Shown in pieces: positions 37,401 through 50,047 of a DNA stretch of 64,000 nucleotides. The notes under the pieces are model-generated. The model worked only from the letters and a program-made list of their open reading frames with translations, made no database searches and was not told the origin of the DNA. Within the stretch, counting starts at the first letter, position 1, and every line of letters starts with the position of its first letter. Both the position numbers and the translations under genes were made by a program. The stretch comes from Ascidiella aspersa (lineage: Eukaryota), in NCBI GenBank assembly GCA_963924565.1, contig OZ004607.1, positions 5,456,001-5,520,000 of the forward strand, in the 5' to 3' direction.

Positions 37401-37980
37401 TTTTGGTCCAAAAATGTGAAAGTGAAATGGAGTCTAAATACATTCAGTGCAAAACCGTTTAGTTTTTGATTAAATTTTTTTCTTTAATAATCTGATTACT
37501 TCCGAAATATACACTATTATTTCAAATATACCTTCATGGACCCCCTAAAACTAGTTCACGGACCCCCAAGGGGTACATGGACCCCAGTTTAAGAACCCCT
37601 GGCTTAGGCAAACAGAGACCAGAGTTGAAAAAAGTGGTAAAGGGCATTATTCCTGTCTCATACGTTGCCCCGTTTTTTTTCGATATTTTACAAGACATCT
37701 TTTAGTGTTATGGCCTGTCTTGTTGATATTTCACGCAAACTTTTGGCGCAAAAATATTTATCAGACAGCAGCGTTCCCCGTTCTTATCCCAGAGGAACGG
37801 TGTTGATAAATTATGGAAATGAAGGCTTTAAAATATGCTTGACTAGATTGAATCACACGCTTTTGCCTTGCTTTGTTTTTCGGTGCGAATTGGATTGTAC
37901 TTTAACATGCAAATATAAGTCGTTTGATTTTGACAGCCTGGCCTGACAAATCTTTTCGTGGTCAAATTGTACGATGGTTG
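34412..37980 (+). repeat. Local direct duplications in intron 2
   Basis: 34412-34598 resembles 37022-37194; 35778-35986 resembles 37799-37980; 36954-37018 resembles 37196-37261. Confidence 0.85.
37262..37601. mobile_element. hAT MITE family C, full length
   Basis: TIRs CAGGGGTTCTTGAAC / GTTTAAGAACCCCTG; perfect TSD GCTTAGGC (37254-37261, 37602-37609); subterminal GGACCCC repeats. Confidence 0.93.
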
Positions 37981-38895
37981 GTTTTTGTAAAAACAAAATT
38001 CTCTCCCGTTCGTTTCCCAGCACTAACATTTCGAATCGAGCTTGGCCTTCAGTCGTCAAGTTGCCACCCGCTGAAAGCGGCAAAAGCAAGGCGTGTGTGA
38101 GTTTACATTCGTCAGCCGCCTCTTCCACTGTGCTAACACGCGCACCTGCCGTAGCTACTGTGCCGTGTTGATCCGCGCCAACCGCAGGGGCCAGGCGCAC
38201 CGGCGACCCCGACAGTCATTTGGCCTGCCAGCTGGGGCCAAGCGTTGTGAGCCGAGGCCTCGAACAAAACGAACCCGGGTTTTTCGGCGCGTCTCCGTCG
38301 ATACTTTGCCTGTTCTGCGCTTTGCCGCCGCTGAGTGATGTGGCTTTTTCACTCGCGTTTTTGCTTTGGCGCTGCTTTAATAAGGAAAAACGTACGCGCG
38401 CGCCCGGTCGGTGTTTTTGCCCGCTTCGGCGACAATAACTCGACTTCCTCCGATTTCGATTCTACTCTTTGCCCCTTGAGCGGCGCATTGGGGTAAAGGC
38501 ACGTGATTCAATATCGCACGTCCTTGGAAAAATACGGCCTTGGCGTTGGCGCGATGTGAATTGTGTCGTCGTCCCCGCGCTCGCTTTTAATTAAATCGAA
38601 ATCTCGACTCTTGCACAGAAAAGGTTAAACCTATAAAGAACGACGGAAACCTCCCGCGCTGAATGTCGTCGACATTTGGACAGCAGCATAGATTTATCGA
38701 ACGCTGTTGTAAAGCATTTTTGCTGGCTTAAGACCAATACGCTATACTCGGAACTCGAAATGTTGCATTCGTATTAAAAACTATTTACTGGTGTTTTAAA
38801 TCGCCAAAGACGTCAGCGCTGTGTTGGCACAGTATTGATAAAAAAACTCTGAGATTGGACAAGTTTTAAACAGGGCCACGTAGGTTTCCATGTGT

Positions 38896-39218
38896 CAGTG
38901 GTTCTTAAATTTTTTTTTTGTGTTTTTTTTTTTTGGACCAGGGTAGGAAAGAAATTTCTAGAGATGTCGTCATAAATTGACGTCACATTACAAATAGAGG
39001 TCAGAAATCTCCTGTTTCCGTTCCAAAAAATGTGAAAAATGAAAGAGCGCATAAATACATCCAGTGCAAAAAACGTTTTATTTTTTAACATCTTATTCTT
39101 GAAAACTTGATTATTTTACAAATATACACTCATATTTCAATTCGGCCTTCATGGACTTCATAACACTAGTTCACCTACCCCCAAAAGGGGTCCATTGACC
39201 CCAGTTTAATCAGTCCTG
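38896..39218. mobile_element. hAT MITE family C copy (diverged)
   Basis: CAGTGGTTCTTAAA...GGGGTCCATTGACCCCAGTTTAA; internal similarity to 37262-37601. Confidence 0.8.
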
Positions 39219-41847
39219 CTATATCTTAATGCTCGGTTGGAAAGCGGCGGAGAATTCGCTCGGTGTATCGCGTTTCTATTTCGCCAAAGCGGCGATGAAT
39301 CTTTCAGTGTTCCCGGCGAGTCGTAAAGTTTGTTTGCAGGAGCCGACCTTTCCGTTTTTCCTTCCTGGCACGATTGATCCAATTAAGCTTGAACATGGAA
39401 GTGGCCGGCGCTAAAGTGATTTCATCAAACGAGCGTTGAAAAACGCGCCGCGCTCTTAAAAACGGTCGAACACTTTTCGGATACGCGAAACAATGTATTT
39501 GAGGATTTTATGCTTATCCTCGTTTCAATTTTTTACGTTTGTGAGGGCGGTATAGCAGTTCTGACTGTGTAGTTACTGAGTGAATTTTTTTAGAGTTGTA
39601 AAAAGAAAAAAAAAACTTTTTGTAGTTCTTACACTTACGGTTAACGAGTGAATTTATTTAGACTTAAAAAATAAAAAAAAATAATCCGATTTATAAAACC
39701 TGTTACAAGACATGTAACTAGCCATCTCTATTTATGTAAGTTAATGAGTTTCAATTGAATTAATTGATATGGCTGTCAATAAATCGAACCATCGTTGGAA
39801 ATGATCAGGCCTTTTTTAGAGTTACCCTGCCGCGGGTGAAATTACCTTGCAGCCCGGACACCATCGAATAAATAAATCCGCCCAATACCCATCGACCTTT
39901 CTCATGCAACACAAGAAAAGTAATCCGTATCGAACCTGTCAAGTCGATTGCTGTCAGTTCCCGGCTCATCGTTAACCAGAAGCTACCAGAAAAAAATCTT
40001 CCCACCCGCGCCAGCGCCTTATTCGGTGAAACAATGGCCTCGGCGCGATTTCGGCGCCCGATCGCCCTTCGCTTCCTTTGTGACGCGACAGGGCCGATTG
40101 TGTATTGCGCGTCACGGGCGCGGCGCATTGTCTTTCGTCCAAGGCGAAGTAATTCGGACTTGAAAGGCGCCCGGCAGTTCCCAGCGTCCGAGCCTCAAGG
40201 CTGCTGGGAATTCGGCGAGCTTTGGGGAATCGATTTTAGGCGGAAAAGGTCGTTTCGGTGCTACAAAGTGCGCCCAAACTCGGCTGACGGGAGAGGGTCA
40301 TTGATTCCGCGATTTTAATATCGCCCCGCCTGTCCCTTGCCACCCCACAGTTGTCACATGTTTATTGGTCGGCTGCGAACTTCAAATGCAGCCGACTCGG
40401 CGGCCGTGTTCCTTTGATTCGAAAATGTAGGCTGGACGTCAAGTATATGTCCGCCGAAGTTCCGCATGGTTAGTCAACGATTAAATACACGAAATGACGA
40501 CAGCTTGCCGATTCGAGATTTTTAAACACTTGGGCTACATTTTTTGTCAACAGAAAAACCTACGTGATAGTGTAGAATTCCTAATGCAAAATTGAAAAAA
40601 TGCTACGGTTTATTTTTAAAGCTTAATAGTTGAATTTGTTGAATTTTCTTTTCACAACCTAAATCGAGAAATTTTAATCGATGCCTATTTAGCAATTGTT
40701 CATAACTGGGCAGCGAAATTTTTCATGTTGGATTTTATATCAACACGAAAAGCTGTGTGATGGTTACAAGTTCCCTAAGCAGTGATTTAATGAAATATTG
40801 CGGTTTATTTACAAAGCTTAACTTAATAGTTGTCTAACTTGGTTGTTTTAAGGCTATTTCCACAGCTCAAAATAAAATCTGTTAACCGAGGCCTGTTTCG
40901 CAATTGGTTTTCATCGGGCCGCCAGATTTTCTTCTCACAGAGAAACAATTAAACACAAGAGCGTTTGGGCTTATTTTCTGATGGAACTGAATAGTCGGTG
41001 CGTCGCCCGAATCGCTTGGCTGGCGAAATGCGGAATCGATCTGCCAACAAAGGCGGAAAACAACGTGAAGCAAGACAAGCGAACGAACCAAGGGCAGCCG
41101 TGAGAAACTAAGCGCGTTCGCCATTTTCGTTTCGCGTCTAAAACAACAACATGGCGATCCAGGCCCGGCCACAAGGCCCGTGACCCGGTCACCGTTTCGG
41201 TCGTGGGCGTCGCAGAATAGCGGGGGGAGGGGGGCTCGGGCGGCCATTGTCCACGTCACAATTGACCCGTGAGCGTGTACGAGCTGCGCCCGTCGTCGCG
41301 GCGTTCGTGGCACTTGTTTGTTTCTGGCTTGCCGCTGCTGCAGTTGTTTATTGCCCGTCGGTGCGTGAGCACGTTTGAGCGACTGAGCGTGTCTTTTCAC
41401 TGTTTCTGTAAATTATACTTGGTCGGGATTTGTTTATGCACCCGCATTTCAGAAGCCTACATTTGGGCCGCCGTGCCCATGGCTCTGGTACATAGCACAG
41501 CAAAGGTTTCCAAACCGAGCGTCCTCCTTACTTCAGCAACTTATATTTTTTTTATAAGTAGGACGAGTTTTTTTTTTTTTATCTTTGAAATCAAACCGAA
41601 AAATATTGATTTTGGTGGCGTTATGGTGAGATAACAAGTTTATAAGCTAAATCGATAAAATATTGTTCCGCAATGGTAAAACTATAAACGTGAAATATGT
41701 GAGAGTTCGAATTTTTACCAAAAGTCAGACATAATCGAAAATAAATTAAGACATATGCTTTTTTAGATTTTTGGTCATAAGTGACTAATTCAACAACTCG
41801 AAAACATTTAAACTAATATCTAAGCTTTAATTTATGTTTTCACGCAG

Positions 41848-41989
41848 GCACCCGCTTTTTCCTTTACTGGCGCTCGTGTTCGAAAAGTGCGAGCTTGCCA
41901 CGTGCACACCACGTGACCCCGGCGTTACCGGAAGTGACGTATGCTCGTCGGACTCGTTCAACGACGACATCGCGTGTTTCGCCAAGCAG
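41848..41989 (+). CDS. Meis: Meis exon 3, MEIS-A/HM1 ([47 protein letters not shown])
   Basis: Near identity to the Meis/hth HM domain; cacgcAG acceptor in phase 2, CAG|GTAACT donor; 142 nt. Confidence 0.98.
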
Positions 41990-42037
41990 GTAACTTTCCT
42001 TGAAAATTTCGTGTAAAGAATTAACTTGTGTTTAAAC

Positions 42038-42240
42038 CAGTGGTTCTCAACCAGGGTGCCGCAGCATTCTAGTCTAGGGTGCCATTTTAACGTTAAAGGG
42101 TGTCGAGAGATATTTCAAATTCTTTAGGATTTCATTTTTGCTCTATTGGTAAGCTTCTTGATGCAATCTTTTTGTGTACGATAAAAGTGCCAATAATTAA
42201 CAAGGTTTTTTCAACCCTAGTTAATGTGCTGTTACAATCA
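42038..42240. mobile_element. hAT MITE family B, truncated, 48 nt after exon 3
   Basis: CAGTGGTTCTCAACCAGGGTGCC left end and internal similarity; right part replaced by a family A copy. Confidence 0.8.
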
Positions 42241-42256
42241 ATTTGTATAACAATGT

Positions 42257-42397
42257 AAAGCCCACACAGAAGTAGGTATTATTTTGAACATCTAATACCG
42301 CTTTTGCATTTTTAACATAGTTGAAAAAGATAGCTATTGCTGTATGGGCTTTGATATTCTTATTACGTCTTACTACAACCTCCAACCATTATGCTCC
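42257..42397. mobile_element. Family A copy abutting a truncated hAT MITE
   Basis: AAAGCCCACACAGAAGTAGGTA...CTGTATGGGCTTTGATATTCTTATTACGTCTTACTACAACCTCCAACCATTATGCTCC. Confidence 0.8.
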
Positions 42398-43083
42398 TAA
42401 CAATTGCTGTTTAAGTGTCTTAACTCGAATACTTACAGAAGTCAATAACCTGTAGTACACGTTAGATCGAAAAAAAAAAGGTTTCGCTCAAATATCTGGA
42501 AAACGTGCAGTCCGCGAATTTTATTGCGAATTTTATTGCGAATTTCTACGGCGCATTTTCTGCAGCCTTTTGTTTGCGGCATTGGCATTCAGCGCCGAAT
42601 AGTCGCGACCCTGCAATTCTTTATTATTGCAGCTGAACGGCGACCTAACCGACTTTCGTTTTCGATTCGCTTTTCCCTCCTTTTCTGACCCCGTTGCAAT
42701 GTGACGACAGAATAAATTAAAATAAAAAAGAAACGCTGACCTGTTAAGACTGTAACAAAACTCAACTCAAGACGGTAACCAAATTCAAGACTGTACCAAG
42801 GGTGCCCAAACTGCGATCGGCGGGCCGCATCCTGAAAAGTGGTCAGCAAATAATTTCAAATTGTAGTTTTTAAACATCGTTGTAATTTTTTGGAAGTTAG
42901 CAGGGCGCATCTGTTTCATTAATTATCCAAATTCCGTCTTAGCACACCACGCTTTAGACTAAATTGAAAACAACAAAATAGTACAACCCTGGCATATAGG
43001 TCCTTTCGGTCACCATGGCCTGTGCAGGCGTTCAGCAAAGACAGAAATTGGTCTGTAATGAACAAAAGGTTACGCAGACGTGC

Positions 43084-43139
43084 CGTAAAGAATCCATAAG
43101 CGGTAAAGAATTCCATATGTCGTAAAGAATTCCATATGT
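43084..43139. repeat. Three tandem copies of GTAAAGAAT(T)CCATA
   Basis: Read directly from the sequence. Confidence 0.9.
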
Positions 43140-44269
43140 ATATGCAAATCGCCTTGCTTCCCCGTAACGAGCAAGGAGTCTGACTTTTTACGACCGTGGC
43201 TTCGCATAGCGCGCGGGGCGAAGTTATAAAAAAAATAAAAAATAAAACAACCTGTGTACTGCTTGATACTTGTCCGGAAAATCGAGAAAGATCGTTTCTG
43301 AAATCCGCGCGCTTTGTTTTCAAAACGGCCCTGCAATTTCTCCATGAATCGTCACTGGAGAAACGCGTACGATACGACTTGCGGCGGTGCGTGGGCGAGC
43401 GAGGTAAGAAACGCTCCGTAGTGACGCGACGCCGTTCCAGGAACGTCCGAAACCACCAAGGTGGGTAGGGGGGGTCATGGCTTTGTCCAAAAGGCGCGTT
43501 AAGCAACTCTAAGGGTCGTAAAACGGCGGCCATGGCCCTTCTGGAATCCACAACCCGTTCGGAATGCGCCCCCCACCGTTATGTCGGCCATGCACGACGT
43601 CTGGTTGCGTACGTAACGTCTGCGTGCGTCAACGTCAGGAGAAAGTCGCGCCATTACGTAGCCTTGCGTTGGAATCCTAGGTCTATTCCTTGGCTAACAG
43701 GGGCCTTGACGTTTGCGGCCAGACGTCCTAGTTGCCGGTGACCTTATAAAAGTTGCCATTTCCAAGTTTTCAAGCCGAGCTTCGAGGCTTTACGACCAGC
43801 TCCCAGCCGCTACCTGACCCGCGCTTCTGCAAAATTCGGCGTAAACAGGCCAACATAAAGGATAAATTATTGCGAAGAGGGCGACTTGCGTTGCTCTCCC
43901 AGGCGCGCGCGCGGTCTGGCGAAAGCCAGTCGAAATATCACAACTCTGGCATACTCCCGAGACAAATGTCACGCCAGTCACCAGCCCGTGGGAAGTGGAG
44001 GGGTAAAGGCGCAGTGATGATATTGAGGTTGTCTTTTGACAGGAAAACACGTTATGAGGGGGTTGAATTTGGCCCTATGCGAAATCGAGAAACTTTGGGT
44101 AGGCGCTTCCATCTTCTCATAATAAAACGACTGACAGGCTATATATCACTTTGTGCTATTCAGTGGCTAAAGATGGCATGTAGTTACCCCCTTAATTGTT
44201 AAACTACTCCTTTTGAGGGTATTCACCCCCAGTTTCACAGCCCCTGGTCTGAACTGTAAGAGAGTTAGC

Positions 44270-44528
44270 AAGAATATCAAGGCCCATACATTATTTTGAA
44301 CGTTTGAAATAACTCTTTGTTCATTATCAACGTACACAAATTGTGCACAAAGTTTAAACCAAACGATTGTTATAAGAATTTCACAGCCCATACAGAAGTA
44401 GGTATCATTGTGAACGTTTCAAATTTTATTCATTTTCAACTAAATTCAAAACTATGATACCCACTTCTGTATGGGCTTTGATATTCTTATTACGTCATAC
44501 CGCAACCTTCAACCATTATGCGCCAAGG
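44270..44528. mobile_element. Family A: partial arm followed by a fold-back copy
   Basis: Arm fragments at ~44270-44331 and ~44373-44440, then an inverted arm ending CAACCATTATGCGCCAAGG. Confidence 0.8.
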
Positions 44529-45581
44529 TTATGGCAGAGTTGTGTTTTAGATTTGGGAGCGGCCACGCAAACGGGCCAATGCGAGAACAGCAAAAATGCG
44601 CGTAAAAACGGGATCTGGCCGCATTTACAAGGCACTTCTCGCGAACCGAGTTGTGTGAACTGGACAGAGTGACGCCCACGGCCTGTCAACAGCCACAAGT
44701 CCTTGACAGGCCCTCGCGGCCACTCTCCGTCGTCAGAACCAGCACTCGAGGCGGGTTCGCTCAGAGGTCAGACCCGCTGTGGTCACCGACTGGTCAGCAG
44801 CGTCCGAACGCCCATTCCCCCCTTGTTTATGGCGGCGCCGACTTAAGGGCCTGTCCGCGCGACGCCCGGTTGCCCACGGCGACGCTTGTGACCTCACAGT
44901 GACACCATACGTCATCAGGCGCGACGCGGTAGCCTGTAAAATGAAATTGCCGAGGCGTGACCGCGGACGTTCTCGCTTTCCAAACATGGTTTCCCACGAT
45001 CGCTAAAATAAGCAAAAAACGAAGGCTCGGTCTTCAGCCAGCCTGTCGCTGACTAGATCGGGACACGATCCCCAAAGTAGCTGCTAAGGATAGGAATGAC
45101 TTTACTTTCTCGAGCAAGACGTTTATTGGACAGAACGACAATTAGTATTCGGCAGATAACCATGCACACCAAGTGCTCGCATCAGGCTACAGCTTGGCCT
45201 TGTATCTTGAATGGGAGCAATATAAATCTTACGATCGAGCTAGTTACCAGTACGCCAACTTTATAATGGGGTTGTTTTCGCTTCGCTTTAATTCAGATTT
45301 TTTCGTGATTTGCGACACTAATGCGCTGAGCTAAGTCCGCCATTTTGCCGTAACTCTCGTGTGTTGGATCTTCTCGTAATACATTTCCCAACCAAGCTTA
45401 ACAAGACGGCCTCAACAGCTGGTAGAAAATCTGTACATCTTGGTCGTTTTTAATTCCTTGTGATCCATCGTAATTTCAAACATAGCAAAAACTAAAAGAA
45501 TTGTCCCTGTTTTTGTTGTTGTTAAGTTGTAAACATTGTTCTGGAGTTTTTAACCTAATAAGTGTTTTGCTTTATTTTCAG

Positions 45582-45638
45582 ATTCAAGCCGAAAACAGAC
45601 CCCTAACCTTTGACCCCAACAACGAAATCGACAACCTG
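45582..45638 (+). CDS. Meis: Meis exon 4 (IQAENRPLTFDPNNEIDNL)
   Basis: tttattttcAG acceptor, CTG|GTAAGG donor, phase 0-0; aligns to Meis1 IRAEKPLFSSNPELDNL. Confidence 0.95.
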
Positions 45639-46255
45639 GTAAGGCAGAAAACAATTCGCTACCTAGTTTGCCTAAATGTTTATAAAATGTCTAGTAAATT
45701 TACAAATAAAAATAGCTGTTTCTTGGTGTATATATCCTCCTATTTTGGTGTGGGATGACGGCCGAAAAAATATTTTGGCGCCAATTTTTAAAATCCACAA
45801 ATTATGAAATGAGTCAGGTTCTTCACCAATATCTCGAATTAAGAAAAAGTCGATCCCCAATATCGCAAGGCCACGCGCACGTATGCTTGCTGTATACCTT
45901 GGCGAGCAGGTCGGCATCGAACACGAGAACAACACGCGAACGAGGCGCGACCCGTGTAATTGCGTCGATTACTCGTTCGCAATTTCCCGGGCCCTTCCTG
46001 AGCGGGCGCGTGCCGCCAATACCGGGAAAAATCGCGGCGATGCAATCCGATATTGGGAACAAAATTGAGCGTTTTTCCACATATACGCCCGGGTGGGGGT
46101 TGGGTGCTGGTGGCGCGTGTATTACACGTATAGGGACCAGGACTCGAAATGACCGGGCCCGACAAAGCTTTGCTGTTCGATCGAGAGCATATAGCCCCTG
46201 ATCAGCTTTCTTGTGGCTGCTGGCAAGCGTGACACTAACTTTTCAACTTTGCAAA

Positions 46256-46515
46256 GGTTTTACTGGCGTTTTTCACTGGCAAAAAGTGTTTAAATGTGTA
46301 TATATACCAAGAATTAAACTCGCTTTGTGTGGCGTTTTTCACTGATAAAAATGCAATCTAAAGGAATTTCTACATGTGTATATAAGTCAAGAATTAAACT
46401 TGGTTTCACTGGCGTTTTTCCCCTGGCTGAACAACAACTATATTATATGTTTAAATGTCAACTTCCTTTTTCAAGGTTTTCGAAGAAATAAGTTCAGTTT
46501 TACTGGCTTTCCACT
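46256..46515. repeat. Degenerate ~70-80 bp tandem repeat in intron 4
   Basis: Recurring TGGCGTTTTTC and ATGTGTATATA..CAAGAATTAAACT units. Confidence 0.8.
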
Positions 46516-47214
46516 AAAAGCAAAATAAAGATGAGTTAAAAATTATTATTACCCGTGCGAGGGTTAGCAAAACGATAAACGCAACACGTATTTGCCGAAG
46601 GTCGCAACATTTTGTGCTGGTAATTTAAACTTGGAAGAAGAAAATCGCTAATTAATTTAAGATTTTAGTGAAATAGGGGGCCCCGTATAGCTATGTTAAA
46701 ATTATGCGTGCGCACCCTGTGGGAATTAATTGTTGAGCATTTCGAGCCCTACAGCCATTTGCACGTGTACACGATGTAAGCCGCGGCAAAAGGAACATGT
46801 GTAGTGTGTAGTGTTGGCGGCAGAGGCGTGAGGCAGTGTTGTTGTATGTGCCGTAATTTACATACACCCGTCGATAGAAATCTGTTAATATTCGCCGCGC
46901 CTGATTAGATTATTTTCTTCGATATTCACGCTATGTTGCATACTTTAGGCTTACATAAGTGGTTTGCTGTGATTGTAAAGTTCAGCTAAGATGCATGTCG
47001 GGGTAAGGGTGTTTATCAAACCATGATGCTTTTTTGGACTGTTCATTATATTTACATTCAGCTCATCTCATCATTTAGGATGTAGCTTATTTTTGTAAGC
47101 ATAAAAAATGGATCCATATCCATACATACCACCACATCCACATAGTAATCCGTAGTTGATAGCGAAATAATTATTTATTGATCCTCGTTATCATTTCGAT
47201 TTTTATTTTTTCAG

Positions 47215-47265
47215 ATGATCCTTTCCATCCAGGTTTTGCGGTTCCACCTACTCGAACTGGAAAAG
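47215..47265 (+). CDS. Meis: Meis exon 5, MEIS-B/HM2 (MILSIQVLRFHLLELEK)
   Basis: Poly-T tract with tcAG acceptor, AAG|GTAGGC donor; matches MIQAIQVLRFHLLELEK; absent from the ORF track. Confidence 0.98.
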
Positions 47266-47678
47266 GTAGGCAATTTATACGTTTTTAAGTTTCGTTTTTG
47301 TTAGTTTTTTGACTATACATGCACGCGAAGATAATGTGCAGTTATGTTTAACCACCCAGAGTGCATGATAGGAGCACATGACAAGCCACACTCATCCATT
47401 TTTAGATGAAAAAACTGTAGTAATTTTTTTTTGTAAAAAACAGTACTAGGCTAGAATTTCAGTAAGAATACTATGGTGCTAAATTAAGGTGAACATAAAA
47501 CCTAAAATGTTCATGGTAACCCTTTTTTCGCAAAATAATAGCGTAGCCTATGGGTCGCTTAATGGTGCTCGAGAAAGGTCCGGTACGAATGACGTAGATT
47601 CATACGTGACGTTATTTTCATGCGTGACGTCATTTTAGTGTTTTTTTATCATACGTGACGTCATTTTGGTCTTTGCAG

Positions 47679-47822
47679 GTCCACGAGCTCTGTCAGAACT
47701 TCACCTCGCGCTACATCAACTGCCTCAAGGGCAAGATGCCAATCGACCTCGTCATCGACGAGCGTGACGGGTCGATGACGTCAAAACCGGAAGACCTCGA
47801 CCTTCCGTCGGGTTCGAGTCAG
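47679..47822 (+). CDS. Meis: Meis exon 6 ([30 protein letters not shown]...SSQ)
   Basis: ctttgcAG acceptor, CAG|GTACGT donor; matches [27 protein letters not shown]. Confidence 0.98.
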
Positions 47823-50034
47823 GTACGTCACTTTGAAGTTGAACGATTTGTTTATTGTCGTTACGGGATTAGCTGGTGGTGTTAAGTCTTAAAGCCGATG
47901 GCGGTTGTCGTTCCGTAGTACTTTACTTTCTTGAGTTCGGAAATGAAATTTAGGAGTTTGCGATTAATTACTTGCTTCTATAATTCTCAATTGGTTTACC
48001 TAATTTCAATTTCAAACATTAGACGTTGTTTGCGGTGTTAATATCCTGACCCCTGAGGGTTATAGTGCTAGATTTCCTCAATAAAAGATGCCGGTAGTTT
48101 AAAGCAGCTCTTGTTATTTTAAGGGCTGTAAATTGCAGTCAGTTCTTTCTCAACTATAACCTATTGAAAATACATAGGGTTAAATTCGACAGTATTAAAC
48201 AAAAATGCCCGTTATCGAGCTAGTCGTGATAGTCCAGGGAGCATTTCGACGTTCTTGACCAGTGAAAAAACAGGGGTCAAAGGTCGGGGGTGGGGTCTGG
48301 GGGGTTTTCGCGACAGACGCGGTCAAAACATCAAACGCAACGGCATCCGAGCGATTCGCACGGCATCGCGTCGGCACACAAGCGTCGGTCGGCCGGCGCG
48401 CCTCTGATCAGCGCAAATATCGTAAAATATCTCGGCGCAAATAAGCCGCTGCCGCCGTCGACGCCCGCTCGCTCGTATATCACGCGCCCGGCTAATTTGG
48501 AAACCGGGCTGCCGCTGATTATGCTTGATGCTGCTGCTGGTGGTTTGTTGTTGACGCCCGTTTGGTGTGCGTAGGCCGCGCGCGCTTGTGACGTAGCCGA
48601 GTTACGCGTGCTCTGTCGTCACAACGCCTTTGATGCCACACACGCTCTTGAGGCCCCCTGCCCGGCCAAAATCAATCAAGGGCGCATCATCGCGGCATAT
48701 TGCGTCATATAGCATCATCTAGCGCGCATTGCCTCCCTACACCCGCCGATGTAAATAGGTCTCGGCAAAACGAGATATCATATTTCGGCGCCTCGGTTTG
48801 CCTTCAGCGTTGTTCAGCTGCACCACACGCATTCAGATTATTGAGAAAATTCCCGGCCTCTTCTTGGCCAATGGGAAGAATCGAGCCGCAACCCTTACCT
48901 ACTTTCTTTACTTTTTCATAGTTAAAAAAAACCCTCAGATTACCAGTTGTTTGTCATCTTAGCGGCCCGTGGCGCAAGCCGCCTTATCAACATGTATCTA
49001 GCAACTCACTCGTGGGCCCAGCTTTGAAAGTAGAGCGCCCGCAATAAGCGTAAACAAACTGGCGAGCTCCGATATGTCTGCCGTCCGACTGAGAGAAAGA
49101 GAGGTGCCCCTCCCCTTGTAATATAGAAAGCCTATCGTCATAGAACCGCCCCGAACCACAGATACAATCAGCACATCGCTGTGTCGGGCTCACAGGGTAT
49201 AATCCCCTAAATTCCGGAGGGTGCACCGTTTCTAGGCTCCCTTCTTTACCAGCGTCAACGATAGGATTCGCGACCCCTCCGCTAAAACATCTGCACAGCC
49301 CCACAGTTGCCCGATCTCAGTCGGAGCCCGTTGTGCAGTAAGAAAGCAAATAAAGGCTGGCTTCTTATCGCCGACGCCAGCCCACTTTCCTTTATCCGCG
49401 CGTGTTGGTTTTGCTTGGCTCGGCGATAGCGCTTTCGACTCTTCGCTATTTTTTCTTTCTGACATCGCCGAAAAAACGCGCCCTTAATGCAAAGTGCCCT
49501 TCTCTGGTTGTCGCCCTGCTGAAGTTTTTCTACTCCAGGCCTGCCCGGCGCTTCAGTTTGGACCTGCGAAACTTTGGTATGTCACTCCCGCCTGTATCGT
49601 ATTCAGGGCCGCATAGTGTCGAATTGATGACTTGTACAATTTAACCCAATTTTTCTGCGTAGCTTGTGTTTGATATTCGGTTAGCTTTCGCTTTTAAATG
49701 TGTTTAAGTGCGATATTAAGGGTTGTTCAACCGGAGTTATAATCGAAAATATAGTGGACGATTTTGACGCTTAAAGGCTGGAGGTTGTGGTTAGACGTAG
49801 CATTAGTATTGAAAACGATAATAAATAAATGTGGTATTGATAAATATGAATAACAAACTATTAAAAAAGACGTTTACAAAACGCTGCCTACTTCTCTATG
49901 GGCTTTGATATTCATGGTGGGACATTTTTTTTAACTCAAATGTTAAAATAAAACGGAGGAATGTTGCAATTACCCTTAAGAACCTCGTCAAGTCAAACTT
50001 GGCTGATTGACACAAGTTGACGGAGTGCGGAGGT

Positions 50035-50047
50035 TGACCTATGACCT
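50035..50047 (-). promoter_or_regulatory. Perfect DR1 nuclear-receptor element
   Basis: Minus strand AGGTCA-T-AGGTCA; motif match only. Confidence 0.45.
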
